A stretch of 64,000 bases of DNA from Treponemataceae bacterium (GTDB lineage Bacteria > Spirochaetota > Spirochaetia > Treponematales > Rectinemataceae). Position numbers and translations under genes: made by a program. The notes under the pieces are model-generated. The model worked only from the letters and a program-made list of their open reading frames with translations. It was not told where the DNA came from and made no database searches. Location: the NCBI GenBank assembly GCA_963667725.2, contig CAXXHO010000003.1, positions 1,184,001 through 1,248,000 of the forward strand, given 5' to 3'. This document shows, piece by piece, positions 20,386 through 30,424 of this stretch (position 1 is the stretch's first letter; each line of letters starts with the position of its first letter).

Positions 20386-20474
20386 GCTTCCTCCTGAAAC
20401 AGAATACCCGTGTCTCGCCGCCCGCAAAAAAAGCGAACGGATTATTTATAAGGGGTTGGGCTGTTTTACGGCGC

Positions 20475-22196
20475 TCAACTTCCCTTTTTCTCGATTTTCG
20501 CCCAGCTGTCCCTGAGCGTGACGGTCCTATTGAAAAGGGGTTTCCCCTGGTTCGAATCGGGATCGGCGCAGAAATACCCAAGCCGCTCGAACTGCACCGT
20601 CTGCCCTGGCTGGATTCCCGCCAGAGCCGGCTCGCCGAAGGCTCCCGAGACGGTCTCAAGCGAGCTCGGGGACAGATTGTCCAGGAAAGATCCTCCCGCT
20701 GGCAGATCCATGGGTCTTTCGGCGGCGAAAAGATTGTCGTAGAGCCGCGCTTCGAGAGGGACGGCGCCGTCGGCGCAAACCCAGTGAATCGTTCCCTTGA
20801 CCTTGCGGTTGTCGGGAGCGTCGCCGCCTTTCGTGGCCGGATCGTAGCTGCAGTGCACGCGTACGACATCGCCCGTGGCCGGGTCCTTGTCGAATCCGGT
20901 ACAGGTCACGATGTAGCCGTAGCGGAGGCGCACTTGATTGCCGGGAAAAAGCCTGAAGTATTTGGGAGGCGGAATTTCCTTGAAATCGTCCTTTTCGATA
21001 TAGAGTTTGCCCGAGAACGGGAGCGTTCTTTTGCCGGCTTCGGGGTTTTCGGGATTGTTCACCGCTTCGAGCATCTCGATGTGCCCCTCCGGCCAGTTGT
21101 CGATCACCAGTTCCAGGGGACGCAGGACTGCCATGAAGCGCGGCGCCTTTTTATTGAGATCTTCGCGCACGCAATGCTCCAGGAGCTGTATATCCACCAT
21201 GGAGTCGGTCTTGGCGATGCCGATGCGGCCGAGAAAATCCTTGATGGCTTCAGGCGTATAGCCCCGGCGGCGCAATCCCGCTATGGTCGGCATTCTCGGA
21301 TCATCCCATCCCGATACTCTCTTCTCGCGGACGAGCTGAATGAGCAGGCGCTTGGAGAGAACGGTATGGGTGATGTTGAGACGCGCGAACTCGATCTGGC
21401 GGGAAGGAAACACGCCGCAATTGCTTATGAACCAATCGTAGAGAGGTCGGTGTATCTCGTATTCCAGGGAGCAGAGCGAATGGGTAACGCCTTCTATGGC
21501 GTCGGAAAGCGGGTGCTGGAAGTCGTACATGGGGTAGATGCACCACTTCGTGCCGGTTCTGTAGTGCGGCTCGCGTCTGATCCTGTACATCACAGGGTCT
21601 CGCAAGAGGAGATTGGGATGGGCCATGTCTATCTTCGCCCTCAGGGTTTTCGAACCGTCGGCGAATTCCCCAGCCCTCATTCTCGCGAAAAGGTCGAGGT
21701 TTTCCTCCACCGATCTGTCCCTGAAAGGGCTGTTTTTCCCCGGAGGCGTATAGGTGATGTTGTTTTTATCGGGAACGTTGGTTCCTCTGTATTCCTTTAT
21801 CTGTTCCTCGTCGAGGTCGTCGACATAAGACAGGCCTTTCCGAATGAGGAGGCAAGCCAGTTCGTAGAGCTTTTCGTAATAGTCCGAGGCGAAGAACAGC
21901 CTGTCTTCCCAGTCGTAGCCCAGCCAGCTTACGTCGCGCTTTATGGCTTCCACATAGGAGAGATCTTCTTTTTCCGGATTGGTGTCGTCGAAGCGGAGGT
22001 TGCATTTCCCGCCGAAACTCTGGGCTGTGCCGAAATCCACATAGATGGCTTTCGCGTGGCCGATATGCAGCCAACCGTTGGGTTCGGGAGGAAATCTCGT
22101 ATGGACTTCCTTTGTTTTCCCTTCGGCCAGGTCTTTCGCAACGGCCTCGCGGATAAAATCAGCGAAACCCGCTTCTTTCCTTTCCTCGTCGCTCAT
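20475..22196 (-). CDS. glnS: Glutamine--tRNA ligase
   Basis: TRFPPEPNG, HIGH, LRFDDTNP, LSKR, QFERLGYF. Confidence 0.97.
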   Translation of the reverse strand: MSDEERKEAGFADFIREAVAKDLAEGKTKEVHTRFPPEPNGWLHIGHAKAIYVDFGTAQSFGGKCNLRFDDTNPEKEDLSYVEAIKRDVSWLGYDWEDRLFFASDYYEKLYELACLLIRKGLSYVDDLDEEQIKEYRGTNVPDKNNITYTPPGKNSPFRDRSVEENLDLFARMRAGEFADGSKTLRAKIDMAHPNLLLRDPVMYRIRREPHYRTGTKWCIYPMYDFQHPLSDAIEGVTHSLCSLEYEIHRPLYDWFISNCGVFPSRQIEFARLNITHTVLSKRLLIQLVREKRVSGWDDPRMPTIAGLRRRGYTPEAIKDFLGRIGIAKTDSMVDIQLLEHCVREDLNKKAPRFMAVLRPLELVIDNWPEGHIEMLEAVNNPENPEAGKRTLPFSGKLYIEKDDFKEIPPPKYFRLFPGNQVRLRYGYIVTCTGFDKDPATGDVVRVHCSYDPATKGGDAPDNRKVKGTIHWVCADGAVPLEARLYDNLFAAERPMDLPAGGSFLDNLSPSSLETVSGAFGEPALAGIQPGQTVQFERLGYFCADPDSNQGKPLFNRTVTLRDSWAKIEKKGS

Positions 22197-22320
22197 AATG
22201 GCTCCTTGCCGCGCTTCAGGGGCGTGGTGGCGTTACTATGCCGCGCAACGAGGCGGACGGTCAAGGCGGAGGAGAGGAGATTGGTCGCTAAATCTTTACT
22301 TTAGAGACTGAATTGCCACT

Positions 22321-23832
22321 TCAGGAATGAAAAAGGTTGTTGCCAGCGAAAAAAGGATCGCTCGTAGCGTTCAGACCCAATCGGCGCAAGCCTACTTCGT
22401 CTCCCGTGGCCGGTATGTGCGTAAGATGCAGCTCGCAGCCGGACAGGGCCTTGAGGGCTTCCATGGCAGCCTGGGCTGAAGGATTCATGGCCGCGCTGAC
22501 GGAGAGGGCGATGAGGGCTTCATCCAGGCTTAGGGATACCGATTTTCTCCCCAGGACATCCCGCTTAAGGCTCGCGATGCTCGCCGTGACGACGGGAGGG
22601 AGGAGATGTATCTTTGAGGGAATTCCGGCCAGATGCTTCGCGGCATTGAGAACGACGGCGCTGGACGCGTGGAGGAAGGGCGAGTTCTTGCCGGTGACGA
22701 TGGAGCCGTCAGGGAGCTCCAGAGCGGCTCCGACGCATATCCCCTGATTCCCCTTCCCTTCTTTCAGGGCCTTCTCAGCCGCCGTCCTGGCGTGGACCAC
22801 GACCTTCCTGTCCTCCGGTTTTATGCCCAGCTCATCCATGATGGCCTGGACCCGAAGAATCAGGGGTTTTTCGGAGATTCCCAGCGCATACTCGCAGCTG
22901 TGCCGGAAATAGCGGCGTATGATTTCCTGGCATGCGGCTTCCCCCACCGCCTGGTCGTCGACGATTCCCGAAGCGATGCGGTTAACGCCCATTTCGGTCG
23001 GGGAGCGGTATCCCGCGGCGCCGCCCGAAACCTTGTCGAGTATATGGCGGAGCACGGGGAAGACTTCCACGTCGCGGTTATAGTTGATGGAGGTTTCGCC
23101 GGTAGCTTCCAGATGGAAGGGATCGACGCAGTTGAAATCCCCGAGATCCACCGTGGCGGCCTCGTAGGCGATATTGAGGGGATGTTTCAGCGGCATATTC
23201 CACACGGGGAAGGTCTCGAACTTGGCATAGCTCGCCTTCCTGCCGTCGAGATAGTCTTTGTAGACGAGAGACAGGGCCGTGGCGAGCTTGCCGGATCCCG
23301 GTCCCGGCCCCGTGACGACGACGATGGGTTTGGTGGTCGGAATGTAGTCGTTCGCGCCGTAGCCTTCCGGACTTACGATGCATTCGACATCGTTGGGATA
23401 GCCTTTCGTCGGCTTATGCTTGAACACCTTCACGCCCCTGCGTTCCAGAAGGGAGCCGAACTGCTCGGCGGCGGGCTGGCCTTCGAAGCGGGTTATCACG
23501 ACGGCCGCGACCGATACGCCCCAATCCGCCAGCTGGTCGAGAATCTGCAGCGCGCTCGCGTCATAGGTGATGCCGAAATCGCCGCGCATCCGCTTTCTCT
23601 CTATATCGCCGGCGTAGATGCAGAGTATGACTTCCGCCTTGTCCTTGAGCATGGACAGAAGCTTGATCTTGACGTTGGGATCATAACCCGGAAGAACCCT
23701 GGCCGCGTGCCAGTCCCAGAGGAGCTTCCCTCCGAATTCCAAGTAAAGTTTTTCGGTTCCGACTGCCCTGGCGCTTATGAAAGCCGCCTGCTCCGCGAGA
23801 TACTTTTCGTTGTCGAATGCTTGAACATGCAC
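22321..23832 (-). CDS. DUF1846 (UPF0371) P-loop protein of unknown function
   Basis: FDNEKYL, KLYLEFGGKL, GPGSGKLAT, YAKFETFP, NYNRDVEVFP, SPTEMGVN. Likely start GTG 23832. Confidence 0.88.
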   Translation of the reverse strand: MHVQAFDNEKYLAEQAAFISARAVGTEKLYLEFGGKLLWDWHAARVLPGYDPNVKIKLLSMLKDKAEVILCIYAGDIERKRMRGDFGITYDASALQILDQLADWGVSVAAVVITRFEGQPAAEQFGSLLERRGVKVFKHKPTKGYPNDVECIVSPEGYGANDYIPTTKPIVVVTGPGPGSGKLATALSLVYKDYLDGRKASYAKFETFPVWNMPLKHPLNIAYEAATVDLGDFNCVDPFHLEATGETSINYNRDVEVFPVLRHILDKVSGGAAGYRSPTEMGVNRIASGIVDDQAVGEAACQEIIRRYFRHSCEYALGISEKPLILRVQAIMDELGIKPEDRKVVVHARTAAEKALKEGKGNQGICVGAALELPDGSIVTGKNSPFLHASSAVVLNAAKHLAGIPSKIHLLPPVVTASIASLKRDVLGRKSVSLSLDEALIALSVSAAMNPSAQAAMEALKALSGCELHLTHIPATGDEVGLRRLGLNATSDPFFAGNNLFHS

Positions 23833-23836
23833 GATT

Positions 23837-25333
23837 TCAGACCTTCTGTGCGCCAAGATAGGCGATTGCCGCTTCTATTCGCGCGGCGGATTCCTCCGCT
23901 CCGAGGAGCTGGATGGATTCAAAAAGTGGCGGACTCACCCTGGATCCGGTGATCGCCACGCGGAGCGGCATGAGCATATTTCCGAGTTTGGCGTTGATCT
24001 CGACCGACCGCGCCTTGAAGCATTCCTCCGCGGCCGGGACGTCGCTGAAATCGACGCTGCGGACGAGGGCCAGGTTCTCTTGAAGCATGGCTACGGCCGC
24101 GGCGACATCGAGTTTCTTGGGGATGAACTCCTCGACCGCGGGCAAGGCCGGCCTGCCGTACAGGTAGGCCATCATGGCCGGCGCTTCCGAGAGAAGCTTG
24201 AGCCTCTCCTTCACGAGCGGCATGGCTTTCACTTCGAAGGCGTTCGCTTTTTCCTCGTCGGCGGCGCTCAGTTCCGCTTCGGCGGCGCGAAGCCCCGCTT
24301 CGACGAGGAAAGGCCGTACGGCCGCCGCCAGTCCGGCGTCGGTCTTCATCCTGATATATTGTCCGTTGAACCACTCGAGCTTCTGGTAATCGAATATGGC
24401 GGGAGCCTTGTTCAGCTTCTCCAGCTTGAAGAGCTTCTCCATGTCGCCGAGGCTGAAGAGATCGCGTCCTTCCTCGAAGGAGCAGCCCAGATGGGCGATA
24501 TAATTGATCAGCGCCTCGGGAAGGTAGCCGGCCTTCCTGAATTCGTTGACGGCGGTGGCTCCATGACGCTTCGAAAGCTTGTGGCCGTCCTGGCCGAGCA
24601 CCATGGGGAGGTGGCAGAGTTCGGGCATCTCCCAGCCGAAGGCATCGTACATGATCCTATGCAGCGGAGCCGAAGGTATCCACTCCTGAGCCCTCATCAC
24701 CTGAGTAATATTCATCAAATGATCATCCACCACGTTGGCGAGATGATAGGTCGGGAAGCCGTCGGATTTGAGCAGCACCGGATCGGGGCTGATATCCTCG
24801 TTTTTCCACTCGATGGAGCCTAGAAGCCTGTCATGGAATACGGTGGTTCCTTCCATGGGTATCTTGAGGCGAATCACGTAATTTTTGCCATCGGCGAGAT
24901 TTTTTTCGACCTCGGCTTTATCGAGGTTCCTGCAGTGCCTGTCGTAGCCCTGGTCTCCCGTCTTGGCCAACGCCTGATCTTCCCTGAGCTTGCCCAGCCT
25001 CTCCTCATCGCAGAAGCAATAGTAGGCCTTGTCCATGGCGACGAGCTTTTCGGCATACTCCCTGTAGATGGGGAAACGCTCCGACTGAACGTACGGACCC
25101 GCGGGACCACCGATATCCGGACCTTCGTCCCAATAGAATCCAAGCCACTTGAAGGTATCGTAAAGATTCTTCACGTATTCGTCCGAATAGCGGGTTCTGT
25201 CCGTATCTTCGAGCCTGAGGATAAAAGTTCCGCCGCTCGAACGGGCGAAAAGATAATTGATCAGGGCCGTGCGAACTCCGCCAATATGCTGGTTTCCCGT
25301 GGGGGAAGGCGCATACCTCACTCTTGTGCTCAT
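23837..25333 (-). CDS. gltX: Glutamate--tRNA ligase
   Basis: RYAPSPTG, HIGG, LRLEDTD, KLSKRH. Confidence 0.97.
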   Translation of the reverse strand: MSTRVRYAPSPTGNQHIGGVRTALINYLFARSSGGTFILRLEDTDRTRYSDEYVKNLYDTFKWLGFYWDEGPDIGGPAGPYVQSERFPIYREYAEKLVAMDKAYYCFCDEERLGKLREDQALAKTGDQGYDRHCRNLDKAEVEKNLADGKNYVIRLKIPMEGTTVFHDRLLGSIEWKNEDISPDPVLLKSDGFPTYHLANVVDDHLMNITQVMRAQEWIPSAPLHRIMYDAFGWEMPELCHLPMVLGQDGHKLSKRHGATAVNEFRKAGYLPEALINYIAHLGCSFEEGRDLFSLGDMEKLFKLEKLNKAPAIFDYQKLEWFNGQYIRMKTDAGLAAAVRPFLVEAGLRAAEAELSAADEEKANAFEVKAMPLVKERLKLLSEAPAMMAYLYGRPALPAVEEFIPKKLDVAAAVAMLQENLALVRSVDFSDVPAAEECFKARSVEINAKLGNMLMPLRVAITGSRVSPPLFESIQLLGAEESAARIEAAIAYLGAQKV

Positions 25334-25417
25334 CGGCAGCTCCTTGTCTCTAAACGACTCGCGAGTATAGCTCCCGGCCTTTCAAGGGTCAAGGAAGGGT
25401 CGAGACGAAAACCGCGT

Positions 25418-25744
25418 TCAGGCCTGAAAACCGGCGGCCAACCTCAGAAAGGCATACATCGCGGCGATTGGAACCAGGCTGAAAATCGAAAGCGCCAGCC
25501 AGGCGAGAAGCTCTGTTATTTTTACTTGCAAAAGTCCGAAAATGCCATACATAATGTCCAGGCAGAATCTGGCTGAGGACGTCACGAAAAATCCGAGGCC
25601 GCCATAAAAAAGACATTCGAAGATGACATGGTTGACCTTTTGATCAAACCGCAATGCCCTTGAGGAAGCCATGAGCGCGACGCATAGGATCATGAACACG
25701 AGAGAAGCCAAGGCCGCCAACGCGAAGATTCGCCGGATGGACAT
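25418..25744 (-). CDS. Hypothetical membrane protein (about 3 TM helices)
   Basis: Hydrophobic ORF filling the gap between gltX and the HIT gene; RBS GGAAGG before ATG 25744. Confidence 0.5.
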   Translation of the reverse strand: MSIRRIFALAALASLVFMILCVALMASSRALRFDQKVNHVIFECLFYGGLGFFVTSSARFCLDIMYGIFGLLQVKITELLAWLALSIFSLVPIAAMYAFLRLAAGFQA

Positions 25745-25839
25745 GATTCCTTCCGCGTTCTTGTCTTGACTGACCGATTTTTCCGAAGGCTCCATGGCTG
25801 AATGGTACTATACTACACGCGAAGTTTGTAGGAGGGACG

Positions 25840-26331
25840 ATGGAATACTTCTTCAATTTCAATAAAATGGGCTACCTGAAGGAGAAGAAGCTGCACGGCT
25901 GCACGCTTTGCCTGGTTCGCGATGGTTCAGATGACGTGGAACGCCTTATTGTATACGAAAACGTATATCTTATAGTGTCGCTAAACCTCTATCCCTATAA
26001 TCCCGGGCATCTCATCGTTTTCCCCAGGCGCCATATCACCGATATCCGTTGTTTCAGCGAGGATGAAAAACAGGCGATGAATCTTGCCGTCGATCTCTGC
26101 CTGGATAAACTAGATAGCGTCTATAGCCCGGCCGGATACAATATCGGCTACAATCAGGGCTTGGTGGCGGGCGGCAGCATCGAACATCTTCATATGCATA
26201 TCATTCCACGGTATAAGAACGAAATAGGCATAGCCGAGCTGATTGGCGGCAAGAAGGTTCTGGTGCAGAATCCCCTCGAAAGCTTCGATCTACTCAAGAA
26301 GGCGTTCGCCGCCGGCGGGAAGGATAACTGA
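25840..26331 (+). CDS. HIT family hydrolase (Ap4A phosphorylase-like)
   Basis: CTLC, NLYPYNPGH, histidine triad HLHMHIIPR. Confidence 0.92.
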   Translation: MEYFFNFNKMGYLKEKKLHGCTLCLVRDGSDDVERLIVYENVYLIVSLNLYPYNPGHLIVFPRRHITDIRCFSEDEKQAMNLAVDLCLDKLDSVYSPAGYNIGYNQGLVAGGSIEHLHMHIIPRYKNEIGIAELIGGKKVLVQNPLESFDLLKKAFAAGGKDN

Positions 26332-26937
26332 AAGGGCGCTGGATCCCGCTGAAATCCCGATTTTCTCTCCAGTGCTTTCGTTGCTGATGCCGAAATATCC
26401 CTTTCCCCATCGAAGCCCCTCGAGCGGCCATTTTAAGCCCGTAGACGACATGCCCTCGCTTCCCCCGCCCCCGGCGGGAAAAACAGAAACCGTTGCCCCG
26501 GAGGCAACGCCAAAAATCGCCGATGTTCCTTTTTCCAGATAGTAGATCGACTCATGGAGGGTATGCCATTCGCTGGGCGTCTTGTTTCTTGCGAAAAGGC
26601 TGGTCACGGCGAGCAGATGATCGAGCCTTCCTCCGCCGCCGCCGGCTATGATGAGGTAGTCGGCCCCTCTCGACCAGGCTGCCGATAGGGCGATTTCCGT
26701 ATCGGTGTCGTCTTTCTCGGGCGAATACCGGAGGATTCGTTCAGGGGGGATCGTCTCGAGGCGGGACAGATTTTCCAGACTGTCAAAATCCCCGACGACG
26801 AGATCAGGCTGGACGTCTGCCTTAATAGCCGCGTCGAGGCCGGAGTCCGCGGCTATGACGATATCCGCCGCAGCGGCCAGCCGCCTGAGATAATCCGGCG
26901 AAGGGCCTTCCCCTCCCGTTATGATTAACGCTTTCAT
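26290..26937 (-). CDS. thiN: Thiamine diphosphokinase
   Basis: AADSG, VGDFDS, EKDDTDTE, GGRLDH, GLKWPL, GISN. Confidence 0.93.
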   Translation of the reverse strand: MKALIITGGEGPSPDYLRRLAAAADIVIAADSGLDAAIKADVQPDLVVGDFDSLENLSRLETIPPERILRYSPEKDDTDTEIALSAAWSRGADYLIIAGGGGGRLDHLLAVTSLFARNKTPSEWHTLHESIYYLEKGTSAIFGVASGATVSVFPAGGGGSEGMSSTGLKWPLEGLRWGKGYFGISNESTGEKIGISAGSSALSVILPAGGERLLE

Positions 26938-27130
26938 CCGGATCAGGTTCGTATCAAGCAGACAGTTTGTCAATCATGCCCGCCAAGAGCCGATCAGCAA
27001 TTACTAATCGGCAACTGCCAATCGGCAAGCCGGCATGGCGACCGACGCTGACTTGCGCTTGATGGACAATATGGGAGGGCTTGGTATAGACTTTCACGCA
27101 TATGTCGATCCGGAGCGGGAAGTTAGGCTG

Positions 27131-28495
27131 ATGATGATGACCCTTTTCAATATACCCAAGGAAATCCGCCTCATCGCCGAGAAGGTGAACGGCAGGGGCA
27201 AGAAAGCCTATCTCGTCGGCGGCGCGCTTCGCGATCATTTCATGAAGCGTGGGGTCGGCAATGACTTTGACATGGCCACCGACGCCTCGCCTCAGGAGAT
27301 AATCTCCCTTTTCCCGAGGGTAATTCCCACGGGCATCAAGCATGGAACGGTGACGGTGCTGACCGGCCGCTTTTCGGTGGAAATCACGACCTTCAGGGTT
27401 GAGGGCGGCTACACGGACGGGCGGAGGCCCGATTCAGTGAAGTTCGTGGCCGACATCGAGGAAGACTTGTCCAGGCGCGATTTCACCATGAACGCGATGG
27501 CGCTCGACGTGCTTTCAGGCAGACTCTACGATCCTTTCCTCGGTCAGGAGGATATCAAAAAGCGCTGCATCAGAAGCGTGGGCTCTCCCGCTCTCAGGTT
27601 CGCCGAGGATGGTTTGAGGCCGCTCAGGGCTATCCGTTTCGCGGCTCAGCTGGGTTTCTCCATCGAGGAATCGACTTTTTCCGCGATTTCTTCGGCCATC
27701 GGAACGTTCAGGCAGGTTTCCAGGGAAAGGGTTCGCGAAGAGCTGCAGAAAATACTCCTGAGTCCTTCCCCTTCGACGGGCTTGCGGCTCCTGGAATCCT
27801 CAGGCTTTCTGGGCGAGATACTGCCCGAACTGCTTCCCTCCAGGGGCTGCGGGCAGAAAGGCATGCATTCGTTCGATGTCATGGATCATCTTTTCCTGTC
27901 GGTGGATGCCGCGCGAAAGGACTTGGTCATAAGGCTGGCGGCGCTCTTCCACGACGCGGGAAAGCCGGCGGCTTCAGCCCTTGGCCCCGACGGGATCCCC
28001 ACCTTCTACAACCATGAGAAAATCTCAGCCCAACTGGCCGCCGCGGCCATGCGGAGATTGAAGTTTCCAAACGAGATTATGGACAAAGTCCTTCACCTCA
28101 TCAGAAATCATATGTTCAATTTCACGGAAGACTGGAGCGACGCCGCCGTCAGGCGTTTCATCACCCATGTCGGCGTCGGCTCCATTGAGGATCTTTTTGA
28201 CCTACGAATGGCCGACGCGGCAGCCACGCAGGGCACGAAACCAGATCCCCGCCCTCTCGACGCCTTCAGAAAACGCATCGAGGCGATCTTGCTGGAGGAG
28301 ACCGCCTTCAGCATCAAGGATCTCGCGGTGAACGGAAACGACTTGGCTCTCATCGGTGTGCCAAGGGGGCCTGTCATGGGGAAAATTCTAGGTGAACTAT
28401 TGGAAACTGTCCTGGACGATCCTGCCCAGAACGAGAGGGAGAGCCTGCTTAAAATAGCGGCGGCTATTAAGGACCGCTACCCGAGCGGCTACTGA
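27131..28495 (+). CDS. cca: CCA tRNA nucleotidyltransferase with HD domain
   Basis: LVGGALRD, DFDMAT, intact flexible loop (GYTDGRRP), EDLSRRDFTMNA, HD motif. Start uncertain. Confidence 0.88.
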   Translation: MMMTLFNIPKEIRLIAEKVNGRGKKAYLVGGALRDHFMKRGVGNDFDMATDASPQEIISLFPRVIPTGIKHGTVTVLTGRFSVEITTFRVEGGYTDGRRPDSVKFVADIEEDLSRRDFTMNAMALDVLSGRLYDPFLGQEDIKKRCIRSVGSPALRFAEDGLRPLRAIRFAAQLGFSIEESTFSAISSAIGTFRQVSRERVREELQKILLSPSPSTGLRLLESSGFLGEILPELLPSRGCGQKGMHSFDVMDHLFLSVDAARKDLVIRLAALFHDAGKPAASALGPDGIPTFYNHEKISAQLAAAAMRRLKFPNEIMDKVLHLIRNHMFNFTEDWSDAAVRRFITHVGVGSIEDLFDLRMADAAATQGTKPDPRPLDAFRKRIEAILLEETAFSIKDLAVNGNDLALIGVPRGPVMGKILGELLETVLDDPAQNERESLLKIAAAIKDRYPSGY

Positions 28496-29262
28496 GAGAG
28501 GCTTGTTATGGCGGCGAGACGTTTGGCCGCGAGCGCGGAGCCGCTTTTCAGGCTGGAATAGATATCTTCGGCCACCACCTGCTCAGCCTCTTTCTTAGTC
28601 TTGCCCTTGCAGGGACCGTATTTCTTCTTGCCGACCTTGCAGGAAACCCAGAAAAGTCTGTCGTGTTCCGGACCTTCAGTCTTCTCAAGAAAATACTGAG
28701 GCAGCTCCTTGTAATATTTTTGCGCGTACTCCTGAATAACCGTCTTGTAGTCCTTGCTTTTTCCGCTGATAGCCTCATCGATGGAAGATTCCAGCAGACA
28801 GGCGACGAAACGCCGCGCGGCTTCATACCCCTGGTCCAGGAAAACCGCCCCGATGAGAGCTTCGAGGGCATCGGCTAGAATGGCTTTCTTGGTCCGACCT
28901 CCCGAGAGTTCCTCTCCTCTGCCCAACTGCAGCGCTTCGGCTATGCCTAAGGTCACGGCGAGAGGCGCCAGTGTCTGTTCCGATACAACGATGCTCTTTA
29001 TTCGTGCCAGTTCGCCTTCGGGTCTTCCGTCCAGCTTGAAGTAGAGGAGGGATGCCACCACCTGGCCCAAGACGGAGTCGCCCAGAAACTCCAGTCTTTC
29101 ATTGTGCGTAATGGTTTCGGCGTGATTGATTTCGTTGAGAAAAGATCGATGTGTCAGCGATGAATCGAGAAGGTAAACATTGTTGAATGAGATTTTAAGT
29201 CGTTCTTGGAAATCATGGAGAAAAATCTGGCGCGGAGAGAGTTCCTGCGTGATCATTCGCAT
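28489..29262 (-). CDS. rnc: Ribonuclease III
   Basis: THRS, NERLEFLGDSVL, ADALEALIGA and a C-terminal dsRBD. Confidence 0.96.
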   Translation of the reverse strand: MRMITQELSPRQIFLHDFQERLKISFNNVYLLDSSLTHRSFLNEINHAETITHNERLEFLGDSVLGQVVASLLYFKLDGRPEGELARIKSIVVSEQTLAPLAVTLGIAEALQLGRGEELSGGRTKKAILADALEALIGAVFLDQGYEAARRFVACLLESSIDEAISGKSKDYKTVIQEYAQKYYKELPQYFLEKTEGPEHDRLFWVSCKVGKKKYGPCKGKTKKEAEQVVAEDIYSSLKSGSALAAKRLAAITSLSQ

Positions 29263-29304
29263 AACCACGACAGGGAATCTACCCGCGCCCGCACGAAATG
29301 GTCG

Positions 29305-29541
29305 TTATTTGACCTGGGTCTTGATGAATTCGTAAGCATCGCGAACAGTTTCGAACTCATTCGCTTTTTCATCGGGAATCTGGATGCCAAGCTCCTCTTC
29401 GATTCCATACACGAGTTCGTAGGTATCGAGAGAATCGGCGCCAAGATCCTGGCGGAAGCTTGCGTCCAGCGTAATCTTGCTTTCCTCAACTTCCAGCTTG
29501 TCAGCTATAATCTTCTTGACCTTTTCAAAAAGCTCGTCCAT
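29305..29541 (-). CDS. acpP: Acyl carrier protein
   Basis: DLGADSLDTYEL phosphopantetheine site; RBS AAGGAG. Confidence 0.96.
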   Translation of the reverse strand: MDELFEKVKKIIADKLEVEESKITLDASFRQDLGADSLDTYELVYGIEEELGIQIPDEKANEFETVRDAYEFIKTQVK

Positions 29542-29552
29542 CGGTGTGCTCC

Positions 29553-29738
29553 TTATTTGGATTCTGGGGCGATGATCTGCTTGCCCCGGTAAAAGCCGCA
29601 CTTCGGGCAGACTTGGTGGAGGAGAACAGGGTTGCCGCAGTTTCCGCACTGTACGATCGTAGGAGCGGTCAGCTTCATGTTCACGGAACGACGTCTACGC
29701 GTTCTCGCCTTAGAAGTCCTAAATTTAGGTACAGCCAT
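29553..29738 (-). CDS. rpmF: 50S ribosomal protein L32
   Basis: MAVPKFRTSKARTRRRR and zinc motif CxxC...CPKCGFY. Confidence 0.96.
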   Translation of the reverse strand: MAVPKFRTSKARTRRRRSVNMKLTAPTIVQCGNCGNPVLLHQVCPKCGFYRGKQIIAPESK

Positions 29739-29853
29739 GATATAACCTCATTTGCGCTAAGTTTCGCCCAGTACAACTGGGGACAATATACAAATTTACA
29801 AATTTTGTCAAGAGCAGAGCCCTTTTCAAGCGCACACCAATTTACCTCAAATT

Positions 29854-30348
29854 TTAATCTTGTAGAAGTGGTCCGAACCGTTTTTCCAGTTCTTTTTGCA
29901 CCAGATTCGGCACAATGCCGCGAGGAAGCTTTTTCCATACAAGCAATTCGCGCACGGCGCTCGAGCTCACATCGACGAATTCGGGACTTGCGAACATGAA
30001 AAGGGTCTCGAGATTCTTCTCAAGACGCTTGTTGAAGGTAGCCATCATCTGCTCATAGGGCACTTCGCTCATGTTCCTGATGCTCCTGAGAAGAATGCCG
30101 CAGTGGTGCTTCTTGGCATATTCGGAAATGAGCCCTTCCCATGAATCGATGACAACATTGGTCAGTCCGGCCTCAGCGACAAGAACGCGCAACATGTCGG
30201 CGCGCTCTTCGACGGTAAAAAGCGGCTGTTTCTGGAAATTACGCGCTATGATAACCCTCAGCTCGGTGAACATTGAAGATGCCCTGAGTATGATATCCAT
30301 ATGGCCTGAGGTGGGCGGATCGAAAGTTCCGGCGAAGACTGCTGTCAT
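29854..30348 (-). CDS. coaD: Phosphopantetheine adenylyltransferase
   Basis: AGTFDPPTSGH, VSSSAVREL. Start ATG 30348. Confidence 0.93.
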   Translation of the reverse strand: MTAVFAGTFDPPTSGHMDIILRASSMFTELRVIIARNFQKQPLFTVEERADMLRVLVAEAGLTNVVIDSWEGLISEYAKKHHCGILLRSIRNMSEVPYEQMMATFNKRLEKNLETLFMFASPEFVDVSSSAVRELLVWKKLPRGIVPNLVQKELEKRFGPLLQD

Positions 30349-30424
30349 GGCTAGGACTGTATAGCCACGGAATGCGCAGGTCAATACTTTTGTTCGACGC
30401 CCTTTTCTGTCATAATCCCTGAAC

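Noticed and set aside
17849..24823. Long antisense ORFs (383-506 aa and others)
   Set aside because: Shadow frames of GC-rich genes on the opposite strand, with no recognisable motifs.
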